Shown: positions 40,750-56,065, counted from the stretch's first letter. The stretch is 64,000 bases of DNA from Eledone cirrhosa (GCA_964016885.1 OZ024746.1:22568001-22632000), one strand, 5' to 3'. Notes: generated by a model from the letters alone, not told the origin. Program-made: numbers and translations.

Positions 40750-43077
40750 TGGTTTCTGATTTAGGCACAAGGCTAGCAATTTTGGGGGAGGGGACAATCA
40801 ATGAAATCACCCCCCCAGTGCATTACTGGTACTTTATTTTATTGCCCCTGTAAGGATGAAAGGCAAAGCTAACCTCGGCAGGATTTGAACTCTAATAATA
40901 ATAATTGTTTCTACTTTTGGCACAAGGCCAGCAATTACCCAGTGTATTACTGGTAATAATAATAATACCTTAAATTTGTCGACATATTATAAATGACATC
41001 TGTTGAAGATTCAACTGGAATCTGATTGGTTGAAGATTCAACTGGAATCTGATTGGTTGGAGGTTCACAAAGAGTTGGTAATTGTTCTGAAGACACCAAA
41101 GGAAATGGAAGGGAACCATATTGTTCTTCCTTTGTTAACCATTCTGGTTCATTGTTGTGACTCCGGGGTAAACTGGAATTTCTGAAATCAAATAAATGAA
41201 TACTGAAATGCACCCATGCCACTCTCTAATGTGGTAATACTGGTGCTACGATAAAATATACTCAGTACACGCTGTAACATAGTAATGCTGGTGCCATGAT
41301 AAGATACACTGCATACACTCTGTATTGTGGTAATACTGGTGCTACAATAAAGTGTACTCAGTACATTCTGTAAAGTGGTTGTACTGGTTCTATGATAAAA
41401 TGCACCCAGTCCACTCTGTAATATTGTAACACAGGTGTTATGATAAAATATACCCAATATGCTCTGTAATATAGTAATTTTATTGCCATGATAAAATAGT
41501 GGTGCTACTTAAAGCAACTGACTCTCTGACCTCTGAGCTATGCACTCTATTGAGTAATGTTACTCCAAAGACCCTTCAGAAGAACCCCATTTCGGCTGCT
41601 TGTATTGAAGCCAACTCTTACCTATGGTCATGAATCTTGGGTTATGACTGAAAGAATACAAACACAAATTATAATACCTTTCCTAAATAAACATTTCTAT
41701 TTTACTACAAACTGCTCTTCTTGATGCCATCCCTTTTAGTCACTCTTTACAACATACAGGGATATGGTGTACCTATTCTAAAACCTAATACATGGTTGTC
41801 AAAAATAATTGAAAGCTTATACTTACAATAGTTTGCTGTTCCTTTCAAGGTGTAAGAAGTAACGAGGGACCCAATAAGATCTAAGTCTGCGCAAGACATC
41901 ATACTGTGTTTGGACAAATATTGTGTGACTCAGACTGACATTATTTGCAGACCTCTGAATGTGTTCTTTTGCTTCCTTTGTTAAACTCATTTTATATTTA
42001 TCTTGAATGTCTCTGAAATAATATCAAATAAATGATAAAATAGGTAGCATTAGTGGCTGAGTATTCCAAATACATCTATGTTCTTAATGTACAACATCAG
42101 CTGAAAAGTTCATAGATTGACCAAGATACTCTCATGGAATGACCAAATGAGGTTTATTTTTCAACATAGTCCTTGGAAAGAAACAATACAGTTAATAATA
42201 AGAAGAGCTGAAATTAATGGATGCAAGATTTCATAGCACTAGCATCATTCCTTCATAGTCAGCCTATGAACTTTTCAGCCTACCCTCATATATACTAAGC
42301 TCTCTGTCTCAGGGAATAGGGTGATGATGATGAGGAAGAGGAGTGGAGGAGGAGGAATAATTTAAAGGGAATCTTTAATAGTCCATTTCACAAACCTGAA
42401 CAGCTGGTTCCTGTTTTGAATGTTCACATTGTCTGTGTAATCTTCCATTGTGTCCTTAAATTCTTCACAATCGAGCCAGAAGTTTAGTAAATGGATACCA
42501 GAAGTGTGTGTCAAGAATTCTTGAAATGCCTTCATTCCTCTGTGCTGTTGAAATAATTGAACATTGCAATTTTTATCCTACTGTGGAACAATGAGTTTTA
42601 CATAGTGTAACAATTCAAGAGAAATTATTTCATCATCATCATCATCATCATCACCGTTTTACGTCCGTTCTTCCACGCTAGCATGGGTTAGACGGGTTGC
42701 CCTGTTGTGGGCAGTGTCTGGTCGGCTGACCATGCCTTGCTCATACAGGAACTGATTTGGCTTGATTTCTACAGCTGGATGCCCTTCCTAACACCAACCT
42801 CATTTACAGTGAGTGCTGGGTGCTTTTTCGTGGTGCCTACACGTCCACTTTACAGTGTGGGCTGGGTGCTTTTTTTGCCGTGGCACCTCCACGACCACCT
42901 TGCGGTGGGGGGTGTGGGGGCATATTGTCTATATGCTTCAGCTTGTACCCATGGGAGGCCGGGTACTCTGTATTACTGCGTGACGCCAGAAGTCACGGTC
43001 GTGTGTCATTGTCTTTGAGAGGTGCAATTGGGTAAGGTCGGCTTTTATCACCTCATCCCAGGTCATCTTGGGTCTCC

Positions 43078-43151
<74 letters not shown>

Positions 43152-46100
43152 TGTATATATATATATTAATATATATATATATTAATATTTATATATTAAT
43201 ATATATATATATTAATACAGTATATATATATATATGACACACGACCGTGACCTCTGGGGTCACGCAGTAATACAGAAGACCCGACCCCCCCCCCCCACGG
43301 GTACAAGCCGAAGCTGAACCATATAGACAATATGCCCCACCCCCTCCCACTGCAAAGTCGTCATGGAGGTGCCACAGCAAAAAAGTACCCAGCCCACACT
43401 GTAAAGTGGACGTGTAGGCATCACGGAAAAAAAAGCACCCAGCACTCACTGTAAATGAGGTTGGTGTTAGGAAGGGCATCCAACTGTAGAAATCAAGCCA
43501 GAATCAGTTCCTGTATGAGCAAGACATGGTCAGCTGGCTGGGCACTGCCTACAACAGGACAACCCGTCTAACTCATGCTAGCGTGGAAGAATGGACATAA
43601 AACAGTGATGATGATGATGATGATGATGATATATGACTTCCACAGGATTTTCCTGGTGATTTCTTATGAATGAAACAGTTTTAGTCCAGTAGATGTAATT
43701 TCTATAATAAAATAAAGATGCCTATACTCTACTAATGATTTGAGTACCTTTTTTTAACTGTAGTCATCTCCTGATGTACATTGGAAATCCACCCATTATG
43801 TATATATATATCTATAGCGTGGAAAATGGAAGTTAAAAGGTGATGATGATCTATATATAAATTAACGCTAAGACATGTTACAATTACAAAATCATATTTA
43901 TTGTGTAATACATATTTCTGTGACCCCAGGCTACAGCCATTATGCAATCATTTTACCAGCAACTGATGCCGGTGGGACATCATCTTACCCAAATTTCTTT
44001 GCATAATTGTGTTAACATCTGATGATACTCCATTGGCACCAGTTGCTGTTGTAATGATTGCATAACAGCTGTATGACATATCTTGGCCTGTTTTCTATGG
44101 CTGAATGCCCAAATATTATTAATTATTTAATCAAGATAATATTTCTAACATAATAAATGTTTCTTATATTTAAAAAATGTAAAGGAAAGTTTTAATTTAA
44201 ACAGGAACCTTTTAATCTTCAGCACACTCTAGGCGCATTATGTTACCAATAGAATAACCTCCCCTTAATATATAATGCAGTGTCAAGGGAAGTAATTCAT
44301 AAACATTTCTAGCATGCTAAAGATTAAAATAGGTGGTAAATGAAGGAAAGTATTGAAGAAAAAATAAGAAAAAAAGAAAGCATGAGTTAGAGAGATAATT
44401 ACTGATCCTAGAATGTGTCTTTTCACATCATGGAGTGACATTTGTAGACGACCCTCCATATGATGGATATCAGCATCAGTGATACCAGTTTCGTTACTGG
44501 CCCCGTTGTTAAAATCAATGTAAGCTTGACTGCCAGAATATTCATTTGTAGGTCTAGTGTCACGAAACATTTCATCAAACTGGCTGTACCAATTGACCCT
44601 GAGAAGGTCCCTATAACAGACTGGTGCTGATGATGTCCTGTAAAGAAACCAATAAATATAATGTGTTAGGTATCTGTCGATTCCAATAACTAATGGAAAC
44701 TATGGAACAGCCTGCCCATGAATTTACATGCAAGTGGCTGAGTATACCTCAAACACATATACTGTTATTAAAGAGATTCACTGTGACACAGTGTGAGACA
44801 GTGTTGAATATTTAAATTATAGATACCAGTATTTTTTTGGCTGAGTGGACTGGAGCAATATGAAATAAAGTATAATATCTTGCTCAAGGACACAATGTGA
44901 TGTAGGAAATATATAGTTTAGAATATACCTGAAAAATTGGCGAGCAGCATCTTTCATATGAGATGTCGGACTAATATCTTGAGTTGGGTGTATAATTACT
45001 TCGTTATCCACTGGAAGGAAACAGGAATGTATGTTTAATTACTCCTTTTCTTATAGATACATTCATTAAAAAAAAACTCATCAAAGACCACAGACCAAAA
45101 TGTATACTGTATCTAGAGTAGCACTTCTGTAATAATAACTGCATTTTACAAACTTCTGATATAGCAATCTCTTTTAAAATATGACTGGATAATTGTAGAT
45201 ATACAAAGAGCTATTATATTAAACCATGTAAGGTTGGTGGATGGCAGAATCAGTAGAGCATTTGACAATATGCTTTGCGGTATATATTTATGACCCTTTA
45301 CATTCTGAGTTCAAATCCTGCCGAAGTTAGCTTTGCCTTTCAGGGTCAATAAAATAAAATACCAGTAATGAACTGGTGTCGATTTAATTGACTTCCCCTC
45401 CTCTAAAATTGTTGACCTTGGGTCTAAATCAGAAACAATTATATTAAACCATGTACTAACCTTGAGAATCACACTTATAAGATAATACTGTGTTTTCCCT
45501 TGAAAATGTTACCTCCCGCATCTTTGTCTGTGATTTAGGTGTCAGTGTTGATAATGATGATTGAGGGAGACTGGCTGAAACTTCAGTTGTTACATCTGTC
45601 ACTTTGGTTTGCTTTGGAAGAGAAGAGGAATCACTGAAAGAATAGAAATGATAATATGAATAGATAATTTATATTATATTAACCAATAAAGAAAGGAAAT
45701 TCTTAAAATGGTAAACTGTATGGTTTATTTACAATGGTTGTAGAATTTACTAAGTAAAACAGGGCAACATGTGAAATGTTGGCTCTTCCACCAAACCAGG
45801 GTCTGGTGAGGAAGGTAAGTGGAACCCCAGTAGCACAATAAACAAGAGCTGTTAAAAGGTCAGATGAACTCCACCCCAACTATGGGTTAAATAACCTCAC
45901 GTATCTGCAATTAGCCAAGCATGGTGAGTATGGCTACATCCTTGACATGACCAAAACCAAACAGAAAGTGGAGAAAGTCAACTAAGAAGGGGTTCCTCCT
46001 ACAGTAGTGAGAAGATCCTGGATTGGATCGGAAATGTTGGGCTCAGCATATTAGCACTTTTGTCACCATATTTTTAATGAAATACACTCTATTTCAATTA

Positions 46101-49100
46101 ATTTTGAGGCTTTTTTTTTTTTACTAAAATTAGTTATTATTTTATTACTAAGATAGTAACTTACATCTGGTTCTTATTCAAAATTATATTAGAAGACTTT
46201 TATTTAAATAGGAACCCTTTAAAATTGGTGGTTTTATTTCATAGAACTAAAGTGGGTTTTCTAAAATAATTGTTTCTACTTTTGGCACAAGGCCAGCAAT
46301 TACCCAGTGCATTACTGGTACTTTATTTTATCGACCCCGTAAGGATGAAAGACAAAGTCAACCTTGGCGGAATTTGAACTCAGATCGTAAAGGGACGTAA
46401 CTATGCTGGAAAGCATGGTGTCTGACCCTCTACCGATACTGCCAATCCACTGCCCTTAAAATAATGAAATAACTCACTGCGATATAATTTCCTTACAACT
46501 GTCAGAAGTTGGTTTAGGTGTTTTACTTTCACTCATCAAAATATCACTGTCTTTCTGTGTACAGGAAGTAAGGTATCCATCATCAACAACAGCTCCTCCA
46601 CTAGCTTTGTAAAGAAAAAAAACAACACAAACAGAAACAATACAAACAGTATTATAGAACAATTGATTTATCTGGAATCTATTTTAACCCCTTTCTTACC
46701 AAAGTACGTGAAATTGTCTAAAGTCTGTCTTGAACCTGAAGGTTCATCAAATCGGTGCTTATTCCAGTTTCCATGGTATTAAGCAACTGAGACAGTCCAT
46801 TGCAGGGTTAAATCTTCAGCTACTACTAGTACTCATTTTCAACTGAGTATTCTGGAACAATGCGAAATGAAGTGTTTTGCTTAAGAACACAACCCAGTTC
46901 AGGAACTGAACCCATGATGTTATGATGATAAGTCCAACACACTTACCAATAGACCACATGAATAACCATAATAATAGTCGTTTGCTGTAAATAGTTAAGA
47001 AAATCTGGTAAAGTACCCTTGGAGATGGAAAAAAAGTAGATTTAGGCACATGAAAGGAATTGAACCTGTCATTTCTCAGATGCTGGACGAGTGTTAACCA
47101 TTACACTAAAAAACCACTGGTTAGTTAGTTAAAATCTGTTCTAAGCTGAAGGTTCATCAGGCCCTTGCTTATCCCTTGGTGCTAAGTAACTGAGAGTACA
47201 AAGGTCTCCCTGGACAGGATGCTAGTCTATCACAGTATTAACTTCCCAACTACTGCTGGTACTCACTCTGGAGCAACATGAAATAAAGTATTTTACTCAA
47301 GAATACAATGCAGTACCCTGTCCAAGAATTGAACCGACAACATTGTGATCATACATCAAGCATCCTAATTATTAGGCAATGGTTACCAATTAATAATTTT
47401 AGTAAATTTCTCAAAATTCCTAATTAATTATTTCAAATAGAGTTTATATCATTAGGATTTTTTTCAACAAGCTCACACATATATGTATATGTGTGTGTGT
47501 GTATGAATGTAGATTGTACACACAAATGTAGTGAATGTTAAACACTGTTTTCTGCAGTTTGTCGACACCCTTCCTTCCTCAATCATCTCTAGTGTGTGAC
47601 GTCATGACCCCTTCCTTCCTCAATCATCTCTAGTGTGTGACGTCATGACCCCTTCCTTCCTCAATCATCTCTAGTGTGTAACGTTATCAACCCTTCCTTC
47701 TTTTGTCATCCCTAGTGTGTGACGGACAAATACACAAGGCTATTATATTATTAGATTAGAGATATGGTCAGAAAAAGGCTAAATGACTTACGTGCTTCTG
47801 TTGCAGAGTGAGAGAAATAAGTTCTATGAGGTTGTGGAGCTGAGTATGTTAAATTTATCCAAGAGAAGTTAGGTTCTTGACTCTCAGTAAATTTAGAAGA
47901 AGCTCCATTGCTCAAACTGGAAAGACAACTCTCAGTTTGTCGACTGTATCCTCCGATAAGTTGACTAGATTCTTGGCTGTCTCCCATATGCTGCTCCTCC
48001 AATGGACGTAATATTGTTTTACAGAGCTTCATCTCTCGAAACAGATCAGACCTGGAATGATCAGGATATGTGTATGCGTGTGTGTGTGTTTATGTGTTTG
48101 TGTGTGTGTATGTATGTTTGTGTGTGTGTATGTATGTATATTTGTATGTATGTATGTATGTGTGTATGTATGCTTGTATGTATGTGTGTGTATTTATGTA
48201 TGAATGTATGTATGTATGTGTGTATGTATGCTTGTATGTATGTGTGTGTATTTATGTATGTATGTATGTATGTGTGTATGTATGCTTGTATGTATGTGTG
48301 TGTATTTATGTATGAATGTATGTATGTATGTTTGTGTGTGTGTGTGTGTGCATGTATTTGAAGAGCCAGCCTTGTCACATTCTGTGTCACGCCAAATCTT
48401 CCTGAGAACTACGTTAAGGGTACGTATGTATGTGGAATGCTCAGCCACCTGCACGTTAATTTCACCAACAGACTGTTCTGTTGATTTGGATTAACTGGAA
48501 CACTCCTCATCGTAACCGACAGAGTGCCTTCCATTCCATTCCATGTATGCATGAATGTATGTTTGTATGTATGTGTGTATGTATGTATGTTAGTGTGTAT
48601 GTATGTATGTATGTATGAATGTATGTTAGTATGTATGAGTTTTCCAGTTGTTTGGCCAATGGAACAGCCAGCTGCTGAAAATTAATTTCCTGGCATGGCA
48701 TGGTCACAGTCGAATGGCTGAAACTAGTAAAAGAATAAAAGAATATGGTGCTCCAGCATGGCCACAATCTAATGGCTGAAACTAATAAAAGAATATGGTG
48801 TTCCAGCATGGCCACAGTCTAATGGCTGAAACTAGTAAAAGAATAAAAGAATATGGTGCTTCAGCATGGCTACAGGCTAATGACTGAAACTAGTAAAAGA
48901 ATATAAGAATATGGTGTTCCAGCATGGCCACAGTCTAATGGCTGAAACTAGTAAAAGAATATAAGAATATGGTATTCCAGCATAGCCACAGTCTAATTGC
49001 TGAAACTAGTAAAAGAATATAAGAATATGGTGTTCCAGCATGGCCACAGTCTAATGGCTGAAACTAGTAAAAGAATAAAAGAATATGGTGTTCCAGCATG

Positions 49101-52100
49101 GCCACAATCTAATGGCTGAAACTAATAAAAGAATATGGTGTTCCAGCATGGCCACAGTCTAATGGCTGAAACTAGTAAAAGAATATGGTGTTCCAGCATG
49201 GCCACAATCTAATGGCTGAAACTAATAAAAGAATATGGTGTTCCAGCATAGCCACAGTCTAATTGCTGAAACTAGTAAAAGAATAAAAGAATATGGTGCT
49301 CCAGCATGGCTACAGTCTAATGGCTGAAACTAGTAAAAGAATAAAAGAATATGGTGCTCCAGCATGGCCACAATCTAATGGCTGAAACTAATAAAAGAAT
49401 ATGGTATTCCAGCATAGCCACAGTCTAATGGCTGAAACTAGTAAAAGAATAAAAGAATATGGTGTTCCAGCATGGCCACAATCTAATGGCTGAAACTAAT
49501 AAAAGAATATGGTTCTCCAGCATAGCCACAGTCTAATGGCTGAAACTAGTAAAAGAATAAAAGAATATGGTGCTCCAGCATGGCCACAATCTAATGGCTG
49601 AAACTAATAAAAGAATATGGTGTTCCAGCATAGCCACAGTCTAATTGCTGAAACTAGTAAAAGAATAAAAGAATATGGTGCTCCAGCATGGCTACAGTCT
49701 AATGGCTGAAACTAGTAAAAGAATAAAAGAATATGGTGCTCCAGCATGGCCACAATCTAATGGCTGAAACTAATAAAAGAATATGGTATTCCAGCATAGC
49801 CACAGTCTAATGGCTGAAACTAGTAAAAGAATAAAAGAATATGGTGCTCCAGCATGGCCACAATCTAATGGCTGAAACTAATAAAAGAATATGGTGTTCC
49901 AGCATAGCCACAGTCTAATTGCTGAAACTAGTAAAAGAATAAAAGAATATGGTGCTCCAGCATGGCTACAGTCTAATGGCTGAAACTAGTAAAAGAATAA
50001 AAGAATATGGTGCTCCAGCATGGCCACAATCTAATGGCTGAAACTAATAAAAGAATATGGTATTCCAGCATAGCCACAGTCTAATGGCTGAAACTAGTAA
50101 AAGAATAAAAGAATATGGTGCTCCAGCATGGCCACAATCTAATGGCTGAAACTAATAAAAGAATATGGTATTCCAGCATAGCCACAGTCTAATGGCTGAA
50201 ACTAGTAAAAGAATAAAAGAATATGGTGCTCCAGCATGGCCACAATCTAATGGCTGAAACTAATAAAAGAATATGGTATTCCAGCATAGCCACAGTCTAA
50301 TGGCTGAAACTAGTAAAAGAATAAAAGAATATGGTGCTCCAGCATGGCCACAATCTAATGGCTGAAACTAATAAAAGAATATGGTATTCCAGCATAGCCA
50401 CAGTCTAATGGCTGAAACTAGTAAAAGAATAAAAGAATATGGTGCTCCAGCATGGCCACAATCTAATGGCTGAAACTAATAAAAGAATATGGTATTCCAG
50501 CATAGCCACAGTCTAATGGCTGAAACTAGTAAAAGAATAAAAGAATATGGTGCTCCAGCATGGCCACAATCTAATGGCTGAAACTAATAAAAGAATATGG
50601 TATTCCAGCATAGCCACAGTCTAATGGCTGAAACTAGTAAAAGAATAAAAGAATATGGTGCTCCAGCATGGCGACAATCTAATGGCTGAAACTAATAAAA
50701 GAATATGGTATTCCAGCATAGCCACAGTCTAATTGCTGAAACTAGTAAAAGAATAAAAGAATATGGTGTTCCAGCATGGCCACAGTCTAATGGCTGAAAC
50801 TAGTAAAAGAATAAAAGAATATGGTATTCCAGCATAGCCACAGTCTAATTGCTGAAACTAGTAAAAGAATAAAAGAATATGGTGTTCCAGCATGGCCACA
50901 GTCTAATTGCTGAAACTAGTAAAAGAATAAAAGAATATGGTGCTTCAGCATGGCCACAATCTAATGACTGAAACTAATAAAAGAATATGGTGTTCCAGCA
51001 TGGCCACAGTCTAATGGCTGAAAATAGTAAAAGAATAAAAGAATATGGTGCTTCAGCATGGCCACAATCTAATGACTGAAACTAATAAAAGAATATGGTG
51101 TTCCAGCATGGCCACAGTCTAATGGCTGAAACTAGTAAAAGAATATAAGAATGTTATACACTAGCATGGCTAAAGTCTAATGACTAAAACCAGTAAAAGA
51201 ATAAAAGAATATGGTTCTCCAGCATGGCCACAGTCTAATGGCTGAAACTAGTAAAAGAATAAAAGAATATGGTGCTTCAGCATGGCCACAATCTAATGAC
51301 TGAAACTAATAAAAGAATATGGTGTTCCAGCATGGCCACAGTCTAATGGCTGAAACTAGTAAAAGAATATAAGAATGTTATACACTAGCATGGCTAAAGT
51401 CTAATGACTAAAACCAGTAAAAGAATAAAAGAATATGGTTCTCCAGCATGGCCACAGTCTAATGACTAAAACCAGTAAAAGAACAAAAGAATGTGGTGCT
51501 CCAGCATGGCTACAGTCTAAGACTGAAACCAGTAAAAGAATAAAAGAATAACCTTATAAAAAGTGGTAAGCGCCTATATTGTGCCCATACAAGCATCTTC
51601 TCACATTCTTCTGATGTAGCGCCATACTGAAACAATGGTGTCTTCATAGAACCACCATCTTGACCAATATTTTGTTGGTTGTCTACAAAGCCTCCTGTAA
51701 GACGATTGTAAGTTAAACCAATGGGGAAGACCTGAAAGTAAAAATAGAAATATATGAATTGTTTTCTTTGACAATAAGATTTTGTCTTTTTATCCTCTAT
51801 TGTCTCAAATAGAGACAATAGAGGGAAGAGAGGACTTTTCAGTCTGGCCAAGCTTATGGCAGCCCATTCAGTACTGGTGCAATTATAAAATTCACCCAGT
51901 ACACTCTGTAAAATGGTAGCCACAATAAAATGTTCCCATTGTTCTCTGTAAGGTGGTATTGCTTGTGCCATGATAAAATGCACCCAGTACACTCTGTAAA
52001 GTGGTAGTACTAGTACCACAATAAAATGCACCCTACACAATCTCTATAGTTGTAGTGTTGGTGCCACTATAAAATGCACGCAATACATTCTCTAAAGTGG

Positions 52101-52238
52101 CTGGCATTAGAAAAGGCATCCAGCCATAGAAATCATGCCAACTATAGAAAATATTAGCTAGACGTGGTTCTCCGACCTGTCCAGTCTTTGACTGTGATGA
52201 CCCATCCAACTCATGCCAGCATGAAAAGTGGTCGTAAA

Positions 52239-52284
<46 letters not shown>

Positions 52285-52778
52285 AGAAAGCCGGAGATAG
52301 TATCAGCAATGGAAAGACCAATGTGGACATAGCTTTCTTGGTCCAGTCTAATGCTTGGTTTCTTTCCTTTTTATATACAGGGCCTCTATAACTGGTAGGA
52401 GGAAGGCAGGAAGGTATCCTAAACCAGAGACCTGGCTTAGATACAACAAAATGAACTCCATTAAAGGCATCCTGGGGCCAAGTGGTGGTGTTTAACAAAG
52501 TCACATATTAAGCCTACCATTCTTGTAGGCCATGGTGCGATTCAAAATCAGAATGCACAATGTCAAAACAAATACCACAAAGGATCTTGTGAAACATCTT
52601 AATAATTCCACCAATCCACTGCCCTGCAATGGTACAGTATTATATCAACCTTAAAAGGAGGAAAGGCAAAATTGATATTGGCAGGATTTGAAATCACAGC
52701 AGAGAGAAATGGAACATTTACTACAAGGTAGTTTGTTCTAGACTCTAATGCATTTAGCAACTCTAAGGCATTTAGCTG

Positions 52779-52845
<67 letters not shown>

Positions 52846-53140
52846 AGAATCAAACTCACAGCCTCACGATTATGAATCCAACCCTCTAACCACTAACTTT
52901 CATTACTATAACTACTACTATCCGTATTGTATAAAACCCAACTTTTCCCTGCCCCAAAAGTGAAATATATTTCCAAACTCACCGGTGCCATCAGAAAATG
53001 GTTAAAATAATCCCAGAAAACATCATCAAAGGACAGAAGATCTTCCAGATTGTCTTCAGGAATCTCTGATGCCGCTTGAGATAAAAATTGAACAGTCAGC
53101 AGTGGAAACAACCAAATATAAACAGTTTTAATATTCTAGT

Positions 53141-53215
<75 letters not shown>

Positions 53216-53763
53216 AAACTGAGGATGTCTGTCTGTGTGTGTGTGAGTTTGAATCCCTAAAACTAGAGAAGCACCCAACCGATTGTTTTCAAACTTTACA
53301 CATGTAATACTTATGTTTCAGGCAGTGTTCTGAGCAAAACAAATTTCAAATTTCCAATGCCCTAGGGGACCGCATTAGGCGATTTAGCGATATCTCTCTC
53401 TATAATTCTTAGTCTTTCTCTTTTTAGATAGATACATACATATAACGTCGTGCCCTTATAATATATGTCTGTATGTCTGGCTGTCTGCCACCCTTGCTCA
53501 AGACAAATCTCACACTCATTCCCCAAACAGTTGATGGGTGCACTCAACTTCTTCCTCACGTTTTAAGCAACATTGTTGCTTAGTTACATACCACCAGACC
53601 CTTACTTCTTTGCCAGCCGTGGTTGGGGCAATACTAAGTAAATAAGGTACTCAATACATAAGTAGAGTGATGACAGAGATATATATAGAAAAGACTTCTA
53701 CAGGACTAGAATTGCTTCATACAAATGAAACAGTTTTAGTCCTGTAAAAGCCTTTTCTATATA

Positions 53764-53847
<84 letters not shown>

Positions 53848-54084
53848 ATTATTATTATTATTATTATTATTAAGGCTAAATAGTGAGTTTTGTTACCCTG
53901 GAGTTTCACCAGTTTATCACTAGGTCATGATGACCTGTGATAAACAGACGAAAATCCTGAGTATCCAGACTCGCTATTTAGATTTAATAAAATGAATATT
54001 GAAACTCTACTTTGGTATTGAGTACTCTTTTCTTTCAGCCATCACTTCATATGGATATATATATTTATATAGATAGAGATGTGT

Positions 54085-54121
<37 letters not shown>

Positions 54122-55988
54122 TGTCAGTCTATGTCAATGTTTATGCCTCATAACTTAACAGTTTGTCAAAAAGAGATTGATAAAATAAGTATCAGACATT
54201 TGAAAAAGTAAGTACTGGGGTTAATATGATTGACTAAACTCTTGAAGAGGAGGGCCCTGAGACTGGTGGAGAGAGGGAGAAGGGTATCTTCAAATTAGAG
54301 ATTTGGTTCAATGTTGGCAGTGATCTTTATTGAAGTCCTTCAAAAGCTAGTTTAAGCTGTGTTAAACTGTTTGCCAGATTAAGTTTACCACCCAAGTAGG
54401 CCACAACAAGAATGGAACTCAGAACTCAGAATGCAAAATATTTGAACAAATACCACAAGGCACCTCATCTGATGTTTTAACTCTTTCATTATCATATTTC
54501 TAATGAAAGACACAGCCTTTAATTTTCAATTGATGTTGAAATAATAATAAAAATTTGGAGAGACTTTGTAATATAACGTTCACATTATTAAGATTCGATG
54601 TTAGCTTTGTCTTTCATCTATACAGGGTCGATAAAACGAACTACCAGTAATACACTGGGGCCAATTTAATCCACTTTCCCCTTCCCAACGTCGTTGGCTT
54701 TGTGCCTAAATCAGAAACCATCATTGTTTGAAACATTGAAACATTGAAAAGTTTCTTACATAAAATTATAATGGAAGGTTTTTAGATAAGTATAAAAACT
54801 TCAAAATAAATAGTTTTGAACTGTAGAACCAGGGCTAATTTCAGGTGGTTTGGTATTAAAAGAGTTAATTCTGCCATTATTCTCCTGGATTGGTACAATA
54901 TATTATCAATTTAACTTTGAAACAATGAAAGACAAAAGTAACCTTTTTCTATGGAAGTCTTTCTATGGAAGTCTTACTACAGTCATAGCTTTTTTCCTTG
55001 AACTGCCAGACTTTGGAACTCAGCAGTATTTGAACTCGGGATTCAGGGAACTGGACTTTGACAATTCACTGTCTATATTCAGTATTACTTTAACAATACT
55101 GATCAGTTTATTCACTTTTTTATTGATTATTGATTAAAACTGAAATGTGATCGATAGTGTTAGGTAAGCTTCATTAAGATGGAGAACTTAGTTTAAGTAT
55201 ATAACAGTGTTTTGAGGATATCGCCACTCCTACCTGGAGCAATAGAGAAAACACAAATGTATAGAATACATAACCACAATATCAATAGGTACATTAAGTC
55301 TAATTATTGTTTTATTCTTTTACTGGTTTCATTTGTTAGTCGACAACCATCAGGGGACCACCTTAAAGGGATTTAATCCATAGAGACAGAAAGAGAGAGA
55401 GAGAAAGAGAAAGAGATGCACACATATGTTCATATATATATAGCATAGGTGATTCAATAAAAACAAAAAACAAATTGTAAATTAACTTCATCGTTTTTAT
55501 GTGTCTTATATATATATATATAATCATCGTTTAACGTCGATTTTCCATGTTAGCATGGGTTAGACAGGTTATCCCAATTGAGGCAAGTCGGGGCAGGTGA
55601 CCGTGTCTTGCTCATACAGAACTATTTCTGGCTGGATGCCCTTCTTAACACCAACCACATTAACAGTATGTGCTAGGTGCTTTTTATCGTGACACCTACA
55701 CGACCACTTTACAGTGTGGGCTGGGTGCTCTTTGTCGTTATAGCAACACAACCACTTTACAGTGTGGTCTAGGGACTGAGGGAGGGGTGCAAAGGCATGG
55801 GAGAAGGGTGGTGTGATCAGATGTGGGTGGGGTGGGGTGCTAGGGCATGGGAGGTGTATGGAAGGAGAATATTGATTAAGAGATGCATACTAGATATATG
55901 CTTCAATCCATGCACATGGGTAGGTGGGTCTTCTGTATTACTGCATAACGCCAAAGATCTCAACCCTGTGTCATATATATATGCAAGG

Positions 55989-56065
<77 letters not shown>

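Noticed and set aside
48701-51550. CRISPR-like appearance of the regular array
   Set aside because: No unique spacers, monomers are contiguous, no cas genes, and it lies in a eukaryotic intron
54978-55232. Alternative first exon of the RGS22-like gene (ATG ACT GTA|gtaaga)
   Set aside because: Phase 0 does not fit the phase-1 exon 2; a non-coding role cannot be excluded
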